DNA of 14,657 bases from Candidatus Micrarchaeota archaeon (GCA_018304385.1 JAGVWJ010000049.1:1-14657); one strand, 5' to 3'; counted from the stretch's first letter, positions 4,661-14,149 are shown. Notes: generated by a model from the letters alone, not told the origin. Numbers and translations are program-made.

Positions 4661-5056
4661 ATTCGCCCTTCTTACAAGAAGATATACTCCTTTTGCCTCA
4701 TTATGCCTTGCTAAAACAAAGCCAAAACGTGCGTAAATATTATTCGCAGGATTAGTATCTTTAACTTTTAAATAAACAGGCTTACCAACTGACACAAACT
4801 TTTTTATTACGCTCTCGATTAGTCCTGTGCCAATACCAATGCCACGAACGTTTCCTTCAACGCCAAAGCCTTTTATTACTGCTTTATCTCCATAATAAGC
4901 ATAATGCACAAAACCAACTATCTGGCCATACATATCTGCAATAATAATTCTGTCGCCATGATCAATCTTAATATTAGAATTTGGAAAAACTCGACACATT
5001 AATTTTAGCATTTCTGAATATTCATTGTCTTTTAACAAGCGGATGCTGATAGCCAT
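4655..5056 (-). CDS. GNAT family N-acetyltransferase
   Basis: GFGVEGNVRGIGIGTGL is the acetyl-CoA binding motif A (RxxGxG); NPANNIYARFGF is motif B. Start placed at ATG 5056, just after the upstream stop; the ORF track extends to 5083. Confidence 0.88.
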   Translation of the reverse strand: MAISIRLLKDNEYSEMLKLMCRVFPNSNIKIDHGDRIIIADMYGQIVGFVHYAYYGDKAVIKGFGVEGNVRGIGIGTGLIESVIKKFVSVGKPVYLKVKDTNPANNIYARFGFVLARHNEAKGVYLLVRRANN

Positions 5057-5060
5057 TATT

Positions 5061-5693
5061 TCAAACCGTAATGTATTCAACATATGTATTTTTATTTCTT
5101 ATGGTAAGGTCGCATAGTTTATTGTTATTTGCTGCTGGCACCTTGATTAGTTCAGTTCTGCCAACTTTAGCAGCTCCTTCGTATTCGTGCACATGACCAC
5201 ATAAAATAGCGAGCGGTTGTTTTTCTTCCACAATACGCTTAATGCTGCTACTACCTATGCGCTTGCCACGCACCTCATCAAAATAGCCATAGGGTGGGCA
5301 GTGGGTAATCAACAATGTATTATTATCTATTTTCAATTTACTCATTCTTTCATAAATCTCGCTTTCGCTATACTCATTAGGTGTGCCAAATGGTGTGATA
5401 TTACTATAACCAAAGCCAACTACATTTAACCCATCACGCAACTCAACACGCTTTTCATGAATATAATTATCTTTTGTTTTAAGAAAATCCATTACTGCTT
5501 GCGGTTCGTTATTACCCGGAACTAAAAAGCAATTAGGGAACGCAACGATAACATCTTCTGCAAAGCTAACGCTGTGGTTTGTTATATCCCCGCAGATAAA
5601 AACATAATCGAATTTATTTTTCTTATAATAAGATTTCAACTTTTCTAGCATTATTTCGTCATCATGAATATCTGAAAAAACAAGAATTTTCAT
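5061..5693 (-). CDS. Metallophosphoesterase (calcineurin-like, Icc-related)
   Basis: SDIH, CGDIT, PGNNE, THCPP and CGHVHE motifs in order. Start at ATG 5693 (MKILVFSD); alternative start at 5720. Confidence 0.92.
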   Translation of the reverse strand: MKILVFSDIHDDEIMLEKLKSYYKKNKFDYVFICGDITNHSVSFAEDVIVAFPNCFLVPGNNEPQAVMDFLKTKDNYIHEKRVELRDGLNVVGFGYSNITPFGTPNEYSESEIYERMSKLKIDNNTLLITHCPPYGYFDEVRGKRIGSSSIKRIVEEKQPLAILCGHVHEYEGAAKVGRTELIKVPAANNNKLCDLTIRNKNTYVEYITV

Positions 5694-5736
5694 AATATCT
5701 GCCGTGGGCTTATAGCTCATTGCTCAATCGCCATCT

Positions 5737-6576
5737 CTATTCCTCGGCCCCTCGATCCGCCGGTCGTTCCACTGCTTTATTCTTCTTATATTGTTCCATT
5801 ACCTCATTATAGCGCTTTTCCAAATCTTTTTTGAGATCTTCGGCAATAAACCTCTTAGTAAATGCATCTGCCTTTGCTGCGAGCGTAATCTTATTTGCTA
5901 AAGCACGTGCAATCTTGCCACGAACTACTTTCGGCGAGCTTGAGATGTAGACGTGTTGGAATATTATACCGTGTTTTGGTGGATCAATTCTCTTATTCTT
6001 TAAATGCTTAAACAATGCCTTTTCTGCTCCAAGCACTTGTATTGTACTTGCTGGAAGCAGAGAAAGCTTTGAAAGCGAACCAACATGAGAAATAAGTTTT
6101 GCAGCAATAGCTGCACCAGCCACTGTAGATATATTCGGACATATCTCCTGACACAACTCTTCTTGATATTTTTCATATTCTGAGATAAGATTATCTAGAT
6201 TAACGATCTCCTTAGCTAGGCTTTTACACTTTTCTAGATCGTTATCATTAATATCCGCGCCTAGACTTTTACTTACAAGTTCCATAAGCTCGCTTGCTTT
6301 TTTCACACCAACGATTTTTTCTATTGGCTGTCTATCCCCTTTCTTATCAAAAACAGAAACAAACTGTGCAAACTTCGCTTTATCATCAAGCTTAAGCTCT
6401 GGAAAATAAACTGCATACCATTCCTCTAAGCGCTCGCCTAATGCATTCTTAACTCCAGTGAGCTCATCTATGCTGCGCTGAACATTTGCAATGAGCATGT
6501 CCCTGCTTTGAAGTGCTTCGTGCACTGCTTCTCTCGTTTTCCTTATAAATGACTCTCTCTTAGAACTAGGATTCAT
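5737..6576 (-). CDS. nop5: Box C/D sRNP core protein Nop5 (Nop56/58), short form
   Basis: ERLEEWYAVYFPEL, LPASTIQVLGAEKALF, PPKHGIIFQH and RGKIARALANKITLAAKADAF are Nop coiled-coil and Nop-domain signatures. Confidence 0.95.
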   Translation of the reverse strand: MNPSSKRESFIRKTREAVHEALQSRDMLIANVQRSIDELTGVKNALGERLEEWYAVYFPELKLDDKAKFAQFVSVFDKKGDRQPIEKIVGVKKASELMELVSKSLGADINDNDLEKCKSLAKEIVNLDNLISEYEKYQEELCQEICPNISTVAGAAIAAKLISHVGSLSKLSLLPASTIQVLGAEKALFKHLKNKRIDPPKHGIIFQHVYISSSPKVVRGKIARALANKITLAAKADAFTKRFIAEDLKKDLEKRYNEVMEQYKKNKAVERPADRGAEE

Positions 6577-6598
6577 AAGAGATATCTATCTGCAAATG

Positions 6599-6609
6599 TT
6601 TTTAATTAT
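6599..6609. promoter_or_regulatory. Putative shared bidirectional TATA element between nop5 and the divergent gene
   Basis: TTTTTAATTAT lies about 23-33 nt from both ATG 6576 (minus) and ATG 6629 (plus). Confidence 0.45.
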
Positions 6610-6628
6610 GCAACAACAAATTCTATCT

Positions 6629-7114
6629 ATGGTTGATATTGAAAAGCTTACAAAAGACACTATAAACAAAGGTGGCATACTGTCTATATTATATTTTGAT
6701 CTTCATTCAAAAGATAAAGATAAACTGCAGGCTCTGGCTACTAGTTTTATTGATAGCATACTAAAACAAGATGGAGTGGTTACTGCATATGGAGAGATAG
6801 AAGAACCACTAGAGCAGGATGGCATGTTCTCCACTTCTATAGAAGTGAAAGTGCTTACCAAAGATTTCCTTTCTTTGATAAACATCTGCTCTATATTCAA
6901 TCCAATAACAGTTGAGATTCTGAGACCAAATGAGGTAAAAATAACGCTTGATAAGGCGCACGAACTATTGATGAGCGTTGCAACAAATTGGTTTAATATA
7001 AAGAGATATATCACAGAAAAGGTATCGAGCAAGGAAGATATTGAACATATAAAGAAATATTTAGAAAATAGAGAATTAATAGGAAAACAGTTATTGGAAA
7101 AGAAAGGTGAATAG
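6629..7114 (+). CDS. Conserved archaeal hypothetical protein, abutting the KaiC-like gene
   Basis: Clean ORF with a FSTSIEV...FNPITVEILRP core; its stop TAG directly precedes the next ATG. Start 6629 is preferred from promoter spacing; 6596 and 6608 are alternatives. Confidence 0.75.
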   Translation: MVDIEKLTKDTINKGGILSILYFDLHSKDKDKLQALATSFIDSILKQDGVVTAYGEIEEPLEQDGMFSTSIEVKVLTKDFLSLINICSIFNPITVEILRPNEVKITLDKAHELLMSVATNWFNIKRYITEKVSSKEDIEHIKKYLENRELIGKQLLEKKGE

Positions 7115-7813
7115 ATGGGCCAGGATTTTATCAAAAGCGGTATTATCGGTTTAGATGATGTGTTAGGTAGTGGGTTCCTTAAAGGATCTATTTGCTCTCT
7201 ATCCGGCCCAACCGGCTCTGGAAAGAGCACTTTTGCAATGCAATTTCTTGTAAATGGTGCATTAAAAGCAAAAGAACCAGGTCTTTATATTTCAATAGAA
7301 GAAAGCAAACAATCCATGTATTTTCATATGTCTGGATATACGTGGGATTTAGAAAAAATGGAAAAGAACAGGCAGTTTGTATTTTTAGATTATCCTATAT
7401 TTGAGGTCGATCAATTCCTCACACAAAATAGCGCAATTCAAGAGATCATATCAAAAATAGGTATTAAACGTGTTGTTATAGATTCGATTATGCCAGTAGC
7501 GATATATTTTAAGGAAGAGAATGAGAGAAAAAAGGGATTTTTGAAGCTAATAGAAAATATTAGAAGATGGGGAACAACAACACTTATTATTTCTGAGGAT
7601 ACGCCTGCAACCACGCAAGATGTTTTGCCAGATACCCATTATGGCATAGAGACATTTACAGATGGATGGCTGCATTTATATTATTTATATTCGCCAAAGG
7701 AGCGCGAACGTACTCGCGCTATAGAGGTACTAAAGATGAAAGGAGTGCATCATTCTTCTAAGATATTCCCGTGCGAAATAACTGATGATGGATTTGTTAT
7801 ACATTCAAAATAA
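7115..7813 (+). CDS. Single-domain KaiC/RAD55-type RecA-superfamily ATPase
   Basis: Walker A GPTGSGKS, SIEES, Walker B VVIDS, TDG, RAIEVLKMKG; RBS GGTGA upstream. Confidence 0.92.
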   Translation: MGQDFIKSGIIGLDDVLGSGFLKGSICSLSGPTGSGKSTFAMQFLVNGALKAKEPGLYISIEESKQSMYFHMSGYTWDLEKMEKNRQFVFLDYPIFEVDQFLTQNSAIQEIISKIGIKRVVIDSIMPVAIYFKEENERKKGFLKLIENIRRWGTTTLIISEDTPATTQDVLPDTHYGIETFTDGWLHLYYLYSPKERERTRAIEVLKMKGVHHSSKIFPCEITDDGFVIHSK

Positions 7814-7821
7814 GCATTGTA

Positions 7822-9123
7822 TTATTCTATGAAAACTATTTCTCTTTGTATCTCGCATGTTGCACGCGGCCCAAGCACAGGATCAACATAAACATCTGCC
7901 TCTATCCTCATGCCATATCTCCCAGGAATATAGATACCAGGTTCATCGCTTGAAAGTGTTCCTGGCAATACTAATCTAGGGTCATCCCCTTTTGAAGTGC
8001 TTGTTCCAGTTATCGATACCCCTTCGCCATGTACAATTGTTGTAATACTATGGCCAGTTGAATGCATGTTGTAATCTGGATACCCTGCAGCAATTATAAC
8101 CTCCCGAGCTGCTCTATCTATAAGTTGTGGAACTAATGGATCGCCTCTTGCAAACATTTCTTGCATTTTTATTAGAGCTGCATCTCTTGCCCTTACTAAT
8201 GTACTAAATGCCATTGCGTATTCTACTGGAAATTCTGCTTTGCTTCCTACAAACCCCATCCAACCAAGATCAGCATATATTGCATTCGGATCTTTGTCTT
8301 TAGCCCATATATCTATAAGAACAAGGTCTCCTTTTTGTATTTCTTTTAGTCGTTCGCCGCCTTCTATTGGCGCATAATGTGGATCTGCGCCATTCTCACG
8401 AACAGCAACTATTGGAGGGTGGTCGCATTCTAAATTATTTTGTTCGAAACGAGTCACTAGAAAGTGTTGAACGTCGTATTCTGTAACCTTTCTACCAGCT
8501 CTTATTTCTTGACCTATAAATGCAAATGCTTCCTTTACAAATCTGGTTAGCAATTCAGCAGCTCTAACATGACTGGCTAATTCTTGCTCAGTTAGAACAC
8601 ATACCTGCGCTTGAAGTAAATCGCCAGAGCTTACGATTTCAGCGCTGCTCATTATTCTTAGCCAATCCAACATTGCAGCAGGTAGTATTGAGGTTCCTCC
8701 AACAAACATTCCGGGCGTATGTTCTGCGGCTATTCTCCTACAACCTTCAGTTGCTCTTCTTATTGCATCATCTCTTTCATCTTTTGTGCTTATTGCGATT
8801 ACCTCTCCAAGTGGTTCAAAATAATCATAATGTTTCCTTTCTAATTTACTACATATTAATATCGGTGGCTTGTCTGGATAGATTACGGCCAATACCATCG
8901 CTGTTAGGTTTTGTACTCCAGTTGCTCGTAATAATCTAAGTGCTGCTGGATTCAGAATATGTGGAGGGTTATGAAATGTAAACCATGCATCTATTCCATT
9001 ATCGCGCATGTGTTTAGCTGCTGCTGGTCGAAGTAAAGAATCAGTTACAACGTCCTTACCTCTAAATGCATCCTTGCCACTGCCTATCCCACTACCTCTT
9101 GTAACATGTGCTCGCGCTGTCAA
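7822..9123 (-). CDS. M24 family Xaa-Pro aminopeptidase-like peptidase
   Basis: Metal ligands in order: IDIWAK (D), YADL (D), HSTGHS (H), DEPGIY (E), RIEAD (E); also GADPHY. TTG start with GGTGA RBS at 9128-9132. Confidence 0.9.
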   Translation of the reverse strand: MTARAHVTRGSGIGSGKDAFRGKDVVTDSLLRPAAAKHMRDNGIDAWFTFHNPPHILNPAALRLLRATGVQNLTAMVLAVIYPDKPPILICSKLERKHYDYFEPLGEVIAISTKDERDDAIRRATEGCRRIAAEHTPGMFVGGTSILPAAMLDWLRIMSSAEIVSSGDLLQAQVCVLTEQELASHVRAAELLTRFVKEAFAFIGQEIRAGRKVTEYDVQHFLVTRFEQNNLECDHPPIVAVRENGADPHYAPIEGGERLKEIQKGDLVLIDIWAKDKDPNAIYADLGWMGFVGSKAEFPVEYAMAFSTLVRARDAALIKMQEMFARGDPLVPQLIDRAAREVIIAAGYPDYNMHSTGHSITTIVHGEGVSITGTSTSKGDDPRLVLPGTLSSDEPGIYIPGRYGMRIEADVYVDPVLGPRATCEIQREIVFIE

Positions 9124-9183
9124 ATTTTCACCTTTAGTCGTTTATTTATAAAAATAGTTGTGATAGATAGTATAAGGAAATAT

Positions 9184-9693
9184 TTATAAAGATTCGATTA
9201 TGGCGAATGTGAATTTTTCCATTTCCTTTTTGAAGTCTTTGGCATAAACTAAAATTCGCTTTCCGAGCTTTGAGAATTTTTTAACGCTTTCCTGCTTTGC
9301 ATCTTCAATAATTAAATCATAAACATCGCTTATTTCTCCAGTATAATCATTTTTTATTTTTCCAACTAGTAAGCGATTTTTATCCTTGAATTTCTTCAAA
9401 TCAAGTTTTGTTGGTAAAATAATTACTACACGCGCATTTATACCAAGCAAGCGTTCAATAAATTCTTCTCGATCACACTCGACTTGTACATGCATAAGAT
9501 AGGTTAGTTTATCATATACATCAAAATTAGTTTCAATGCCACGCTGCGCATCTAAATCAATAATATGTAAAAGTTCGAATCCTTGATCTTTCAATTTTTT
9601 TGCTGTTTCTATTGGTTTGCCAACTAATCTTAACGTACCAACTTTTTCGAAAAATTGTTTATCTTTCAAATAAACTAACTTTGCTTTAAGCAT
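9184..9693 (-). CDS. Degenerate, truncated HisA-like barrel protein
   Basis: PIETAKKLKDQGFELLHIIDLDA and NFDVYDKL...VQV match the HisA N-half, but the GGG motif is replaced by ECD and the protein is only about 169 aa. Start at ATG 9693, after the antiporter stop. Confidence 0.7.
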   Translation of the reverse strand: MLKAKLVYLKDKQFFEKVGTLRLVGKPIETAKKLKDQGFELLHIIDLDAQRGIETNFDVYDKLTYLMHVQVECDREEFIERLLGINARVVIILPTKLDLKKFKDKNRLLVGKIKNDYTGEISDVYDLIIEDAKQESVKKFSKLGKRILVYAKDFKKEMEKFTFAIIESL

Positions 9694-9697
9694 TTTT

Positions 9698-10978
9698 TCA
9701 CTTTTTTCTCTTAGCAATTAAATAATTCATAACAAATGGTGGGAATATTGTAGTAAGCAAAGCCATTGCAGCAATTATCGCATATTCGCTTTGCGAAATG
9801 GCAGCACGCTGCAGACCAAGCGAAGCAACAATTAACGCAACCTCTGCGCGCGGTGCCATGCCAAAACCAATTATTGCAGACTCAATTCTATTCATGCCAC
9901 TTGCTAATGCACCAACACCACAACCAATTATTTTTGTGAGGATTGCGATTATACTTATGATTATTATTGGCCAGGCAAATGCAATAATGTCATTTAGATT
10001 AACAAGAAGGCCTAGAGATATAAAAAATATTGGCACGAAAATAGTTTCTAATGGATAAACCTTATCCTCCAGTTCCTTAATATGTTTACTATTTGTTAAA
10101 AGCAAACCTGCAATAAATGCTCCAACAATTGCAGATAGTCCAATAACTTCAGCTATGTATGAATACAAATGCAAAAGCACAAGCGCAATCAGGAAATTAG
10201 CATTTGTCATCTCTAATTTATCTAAAACATTTTTAACAAACCAATTGCCCGCAATGATACCACCGCCTAAAAACACAATTGTTGCACCAGCAATCTTTGC
10301 CAGAGGCAATGCTGACTCTGCGAGATTTAAATCAGCAGGTAAGTTGAGCACAAATGATAGCACAAGCAAACCAAGAATATCATCAATTACTGCAGCGCCA
10401 ATAATAACTTGTGCAAATTTCTCACTCATCAAACCTGCTTCTTTTATTATTGCAACGCTTACGCCAACGCTCGTAGCAGTAAGTGCTGCTCCAAGAAACA
10501 TAGAATACACAAAATTTCCGCCAGTTAATGTTGCATAAGCAAATCCACCAGCAAATGGAACAACAACACCAAGCATTGCAACTATAGCATTTTCCTTTGA
10601 AAATATAGATTTGAAATGAGAGTGTAAGCCAACTCTAAAGAGCAGGAAAATTGAGCCTAGCTGCGCAAATAGATAAATTAGTTGTTCATCCCTAAAAATC
10701 TTAAACCCTAGGATACTTTCGCTCATTATTACGCCAACTAAGAGCAGTAGGATTGCGCTTGGCTGCTTTGAATAAATAACACCTATTTCTGCAAGAACAG
10801 CAATAAGCAATAGAAAGCTTATTTCGAAAAAGGCATATTTATGCAACTCTACTTCGCCAAAAATCGAGCGGCGCAAAATAGAAATTAAAAGGATAATAAA
10901 TAATACAAAAAATGCAGTAAGCACAATAGGGTAAACCTTTTTTGCTAATCTATCAAAGGATTTTTGAGAAACTGGCAT
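9698..10978 (-). CDS. CPA2 cation:proton antiporter (NapA/KefB family)
   Basis: Highly hydrophobic; ATSVGVSV, GAAVIDDILGL (DD motif), PIFFISLGL, MAPRAEVALIV. The DD pair suggests a NapA-like protein. Confidence 0.92.
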   Translation of the reverse strand: MPVSQKSFDRLAKKVYPIVLTAFFVLFIILLISILRRSIFGEVELHKYAFFEISFLLLIAVLAEIGVIYSKQPSAILLLLVGVIMSESILGFKIFRDEQLIYLFAQLGSIFLLFRVGLHSHFKSIFSKENAIVAMLGVVVPFAGGFAYATLTGGNFVYSMFLGAALTATSVGVSVAIIKEAGLMSEKFAQVIIGAAVIDDILGLLVLSFVLNLPADLNLAESALPLAKIAGATIVFLGGGIIAGNWFVKNVLDKLEMTNANFLIALVLLHLYSYIAEVIGLSAIVGAFIAGLLLTNSKHIKELEDKVYPLETIFVPIFFISLGLLVNLNDIIAFAWPIIIISIIAILTKIIGCGVGALASGMNRIESAIIGFGMAPRAEVALIVASLGLQRAAISQSEYAIIAAMALLTTIFPPFVMNYLIAKRKK

Positions 10979-10987
10979 TTTATAACC

Positions 10988-11614
10988 TTAACTCTCTAAT
11001 AAAAGTTTAGCTTTTGACCTGACTTCTTTATATGCATCACCCTGAAATACAGGTAAATTAGCAATTATTGTTAAAACCTTCTTATTGGATTTAACCTTAG
11101 GATTTTCTAACAAGGCCTGCGCTAACGAAGGTTGTATATACTCAGAAAGACTGTTAGCGATCTTAAGCAGTACCTCGTCTGGGGCATCGGAATCTTTTGC
11201 CAATGAAGGTAAAAATGCATATTGATAAGTCCAATCATCTTTGTTCTTAAGTTTACTAAAGAAATCATCTGAAAAGAGATATTCATCTCTACTGTCGAAA
11301 TCGTACATGGAAATACTAGGCAGATCACTATGTATCCAACCAATTTTTTCTTTGTTCTTTATTACAATTAAACTACGATAAAAACAACCAGACTCGCAAT
11401 CTTGTGGCGCACCGTAACTAACCTTGAAAACCTTGACATTTTTATCTGGGATATCCAAGATAAACGTTGGTGGTTGTGTATTAGAAATATTAAAACTTTT
11501 TACAAAATCTTCTATAGAATAACCTAGGTATTTATCATCTTTTGTATCTTGCTTCTGTACACAACCCGTGATTAGAAGCCCAACAAAAAACAACAAAATA
11601 AAATTTTTCATCAA
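10988..11614 (-). CDS. Hypothetical lipoprotein
   Basis: Signal ending LLITG-C; GGTGA RBS; QDCESGC motif; helical C-terminal region (LAKDSDAPDEVLLKIAN...ALLENP). Confidence 0.7.
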   Translation of the reverse strand: MMKNFILLFFVGLLITGCVQKQDTKDDKYLGYSIEDFVKSFNISNTQPPTFILDIPDKNVKVFKVSYGAPQDCESGCFYRSLIVIKNKEKIGWIHSDLPSISMYDFDSRDEYLFSDDFFSKLKNKDDWTYQYAFLPSLAKDSDAPDEVLLKIANSLSEYIQPSLAQALLENPKVKSNKKVLTIIANLPVFQGDAYKEVRSKAKLLLES

Positions 11615-12843
11615 ATCACCAACCTCTTAATTATTTCTTCCAAAGTTAGTTTCTCCTCTTTTCCAGTCTTCATATCTCTTAACGTAAATTTGCCTTCTTT
11701 TACTTCACGTTCGCCAATAACTATTAGAAATGGAATTGCTAATGAATTAACATATTCCAATTGCTTTCTTAGATTGCGTTCGTTTAGATCAGTTTCGCAA
11801 GCAACCCAGGATGCCCGCAACTTATTAGCAATATCTGCTGCATTAGAAAAAAATTCTGGTTTTACATTTGCAACAAATACCTTGGTGTAAGTTTTTTCAT
11901 TTTCTTTTTTTCTTTCTTTAATTAATGTAATTATGCGTTCAATACCTAGGCTTATGCCAACTGCATAGTCTGGTTGACCGTAAACTGCAAGTAGATTATC
12001 ATATCTGCCTCCACCAGCAACACTGCCAATTTCAGTGCTGGCACGAATTTCAAATACAGGACCTGTATAATATCCTAAGCCACGAACTAGTTCAAGATCA
12101 ACCTCTACTTCGAAATCGCAACCATTTATGATTTGCTCAAGCTCGCTAGCCCCTTCATCGCTCAAAGAGCGCGCAACCTCCAGTTTCTTTTTGTTATTCC
12201 CTTTTGTATCAAATATTTCAAATAGTTTTTTTGTTTTCTCGCTGCTTATTACATCTGCCATCTCTTTTTTTACTACCTCTTCTCCGACTTTATCTATTTT
12301 ATCAAGCAAGCGAAATATTGCATCTTTTTTATTTTCAATTCCAAGCTTTGTCGCCAGCGCATCAAGTATCTTGCGATTGTTAACTAGAATTCTTAATTGC
12401 TTAAAACCTAGTGCATCTAGCACTTCTCTTGCAGCAGTTAGCAACTCTGCTTCAGCACGCATGCCTTTTGTTCCAACTATATCTATATCTGCCTGCCAAA
12501 ACTCTCGAAATCGCCCTTTTTGTGGCTCTTCCTTACGCCATACTGGTGCAATTGCATATCGCTTAAATGGCTTGGAAAACGCATTATTCGCTGCAACACG
12601 CGCAAGCGGCACTGTTAAATCAAATCTTAGGCCTAGCTCATTATCATCAAATCTGAATATTTGCTTATCAATTTCTTCACCTGCTTTTGCACGAAGCGTT
12701 GCTAGATATTCTAGGGCTGGAGTTTCAATCGGAACAAAACCATACCTGCGATAGACGTTCTCAACTATCCCCAGCACTTCTCGTCGCAGTATCGCATCTT
12801 CTGGCAGTATATCACGCATACCTTTTGGCGCTAATTTTGTCAT
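11611..12843 (-). CDS. hisS: Histidyl-tRNA synthetase
   Basis: PKGMRD, LRFDLTVPLAR, motif 2 WRKEEPQKGRFREFWQADIDIVG, RGLGYYTG, GGGRYD, motif 3 GISLGIERI, and a C-terminal anticodon-binding domain. Confidence 0.97.
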   Translation of the reverse strand: MTKLAPKGMRDILPEDAILRREVLGIVENVYRRYGFVPIETPALEYLATLRAKAGEEIDKQIFRFDDNELGLRFDLTVPLARVAANNAFSKPFKRYAIAPVWRKEEPQKGRFREFWQADIDIVGTKGMRAEAELLTAAREVLDALGFKQLRILVNNRKILDALATKLGIENKKDAIFRLLDKIDKVGEEVVKKEMADVISSEKTKKLFEIFDTKGNNKKKLEVARSLSDEGASELEQIINGCDFEVEVDLELVRGLGYYTGPVFEIRASTEIGSVAGGGRYDNLLAVYGQPDYAVGISLGIERIITLIKERKKENEKTYTKVFVANVKPEFFSNAADIANKLRASWVACETDLNERNLRKQLEYVNSLAIPFLIVIGEREVKEGKFTLRDMKTGKEEKLTLEEIIKRLVI

Positions 12844-13409
12844 TTTCTTCTCCTCTTTAATTCGTTTAATACTTCACTGAAATTTATATTTCTATTCTCT
12901 AAGTAAACTAATATGAAATATAATAAATCTGCGGCCTCCCACTTAATATCGCTTTTCTTTTTAGCTTCTATTAGCTCTTCAAGTTCTTCTCTGAGTTTCG
13001 CTATTATGGCATTTCTATCATTAACTATTTTTGAAGTGTAAGAATTGCCTTTTGGGTATTTCTTTCTTTCGGATATTACTTCTATAAGCTCACTTAGTAT
13101 GTTCTTCTCTTCCTTAAAGCAGGAATAACTATTAGTGTGGCAGGCTGAACCAAGTGGCTTAACTTTAACGAGCAATGCATCGCTGTCACAATCTTCAGAA
13201 ACTGAAATTACTTTCATTGTGTTGCCACTAATCGCTCCTTTTTTCATTAATTTGTTTTTGCTTCTGCTGTAGCGCCATACGAATCCTGTTTTCTTCATTT
13301 TTTCTATAGATTCTTTATTCCCGTAGAATAGGGATAACACTGCCAAGCTATCAGCATCTTGTACTATCATCGGAATTACCCCATCTTTATCAAATTTCAC
13401 GTATCTCAA
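12840..13409 (-). CDS. hisIE: Bifunctional phosphoribosyl-AMP cyclohydrolase / phosphoribosyl-ATP pyrophosphatase
   Basis: HisI: [18 protein letters not shown]. HisE: [25 protein letters not shown]. Start TTG 13409 or GTG 13400. Confidence 0.93.
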   Translation of the reverse strand: MRYVKFDKDGVIPMIVQDADSLAVLSLFYGNKESIEKMKKTGFVWRYSRSKNKLMKKGAISGNTMKVISVSEDCDSDALLVKVKPLGSACHTNSYSCFKEEKNILSELIEVISERKKYPKGNSYTSKIVNDRNAIIAKLREELEELIEAKKKSDIKWEAADLLYFILVYLENRNINFSEVLNELKRRRK

Positions 13410-14148
13410 CTCCTTTTTGTTTTAGGTATTTCTTCAAATCTGGAATTTGAATTTTCTTATAGTGAAATAAACTAGCTGCCAATGCAGCAGAAACATTTGT
13501 TTTTTTGAAAACATTTAGGAAATCTTGTCTTTTTCCTGCACCGCCAGATGCAATAACTGGAATAGAAACTAACCGAGCTATTGTTTTGTTAAGTTCTAGA
13601 TCATATCCTCTCTTTGTTCCATCGTAATCGATACTTGTGAGTAAAATCTCACCTGCACCAAGTTTGGCTACTCTCTTTGCCCAGCTTAATGCATTTAGAT
13701 TGGTTTTCTTTTTACCGCCATAAATATAAACGTCCCACCTACCCCCATTTTTCTTTGCATCTATGGCAATAACAATTGCTTGTGAACCGAATCTTTTGGC
13801 TGCTTGTGATATTAACTTAGGATTTTCAATAGCAGCAGTATTTATTGAAACTTTATCTGCGCCAGCTTTCAGCAGTTTTTCTATATCTTGTGTAGTGCGA
13901 ATCCCACCACCTATCGTAAAAGGAATGAAAATCTCTTCTGCAACCTTGCTTGCAAGTTCAACAATTGTTTTCCTACGTTCTGCGCTTGCGGTTATATCAA
14001 GAAAAACAATTTCATCTGCACCTTCTTCATAGTAGTGCTTTGCTAGAGTTACTGCATCACCAGCATCTCGAAGCTTTTCAAAATTCCTACCCTTAACAAC
14101 ACGACCGTTTTTAACATCTAAACAAGGAATTATTCTTTTTGTTAACAT
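13390..14148 (-). CDS. hisF: Imidazole glycerol phosphate synthase, cyclase subunit
   Basis: [70 protein letters not shown]. Start placed at ATG 14148. Confidence 0.97.
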   Translation of the reverse strand: MLTKRIIPCLDVKNGRVVKGRNFEKLRDAGDAVTLAKHYYEEGADEIVFLDITASAERRKTIVELASKVAEEIFIPFTIGGGIRTTQDIEKLLKAGADKVSINTAAIENPKLISQAAKRFGSQAIVIAIDAKKNGGRWDVYIYGGKKKTNLNALSWAKRVAKLGAGEILLTSIDYDGTKRGYDLELNKTIARLVSIPVIASGGAGKRQDFLNVFKKTNVSAALAASLFHYKKIQIPDLKKYLKQKGVEIREI

Positions 14149-14149
14149 A

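Noticed and set aside
5061-5693. Metallophosphoesterase as the cognate c-di-GMP phosphodiesterase for the GGDEF protein
   Set aside because: It belongs to a widespread archaeal family in the nop5 operon, is not EAL or HD-GYP, and proximity is the only link.
3083-9170. Similar AT-rich strings TATTTATAAA..TAGTT..TAG at about 3084-3110 and 9143-9170 as a shared regulatory motif
   Set aside because: Low complexity, and the same strand orientation despite oppositely oriented genes; the TATA core alone explains the match.
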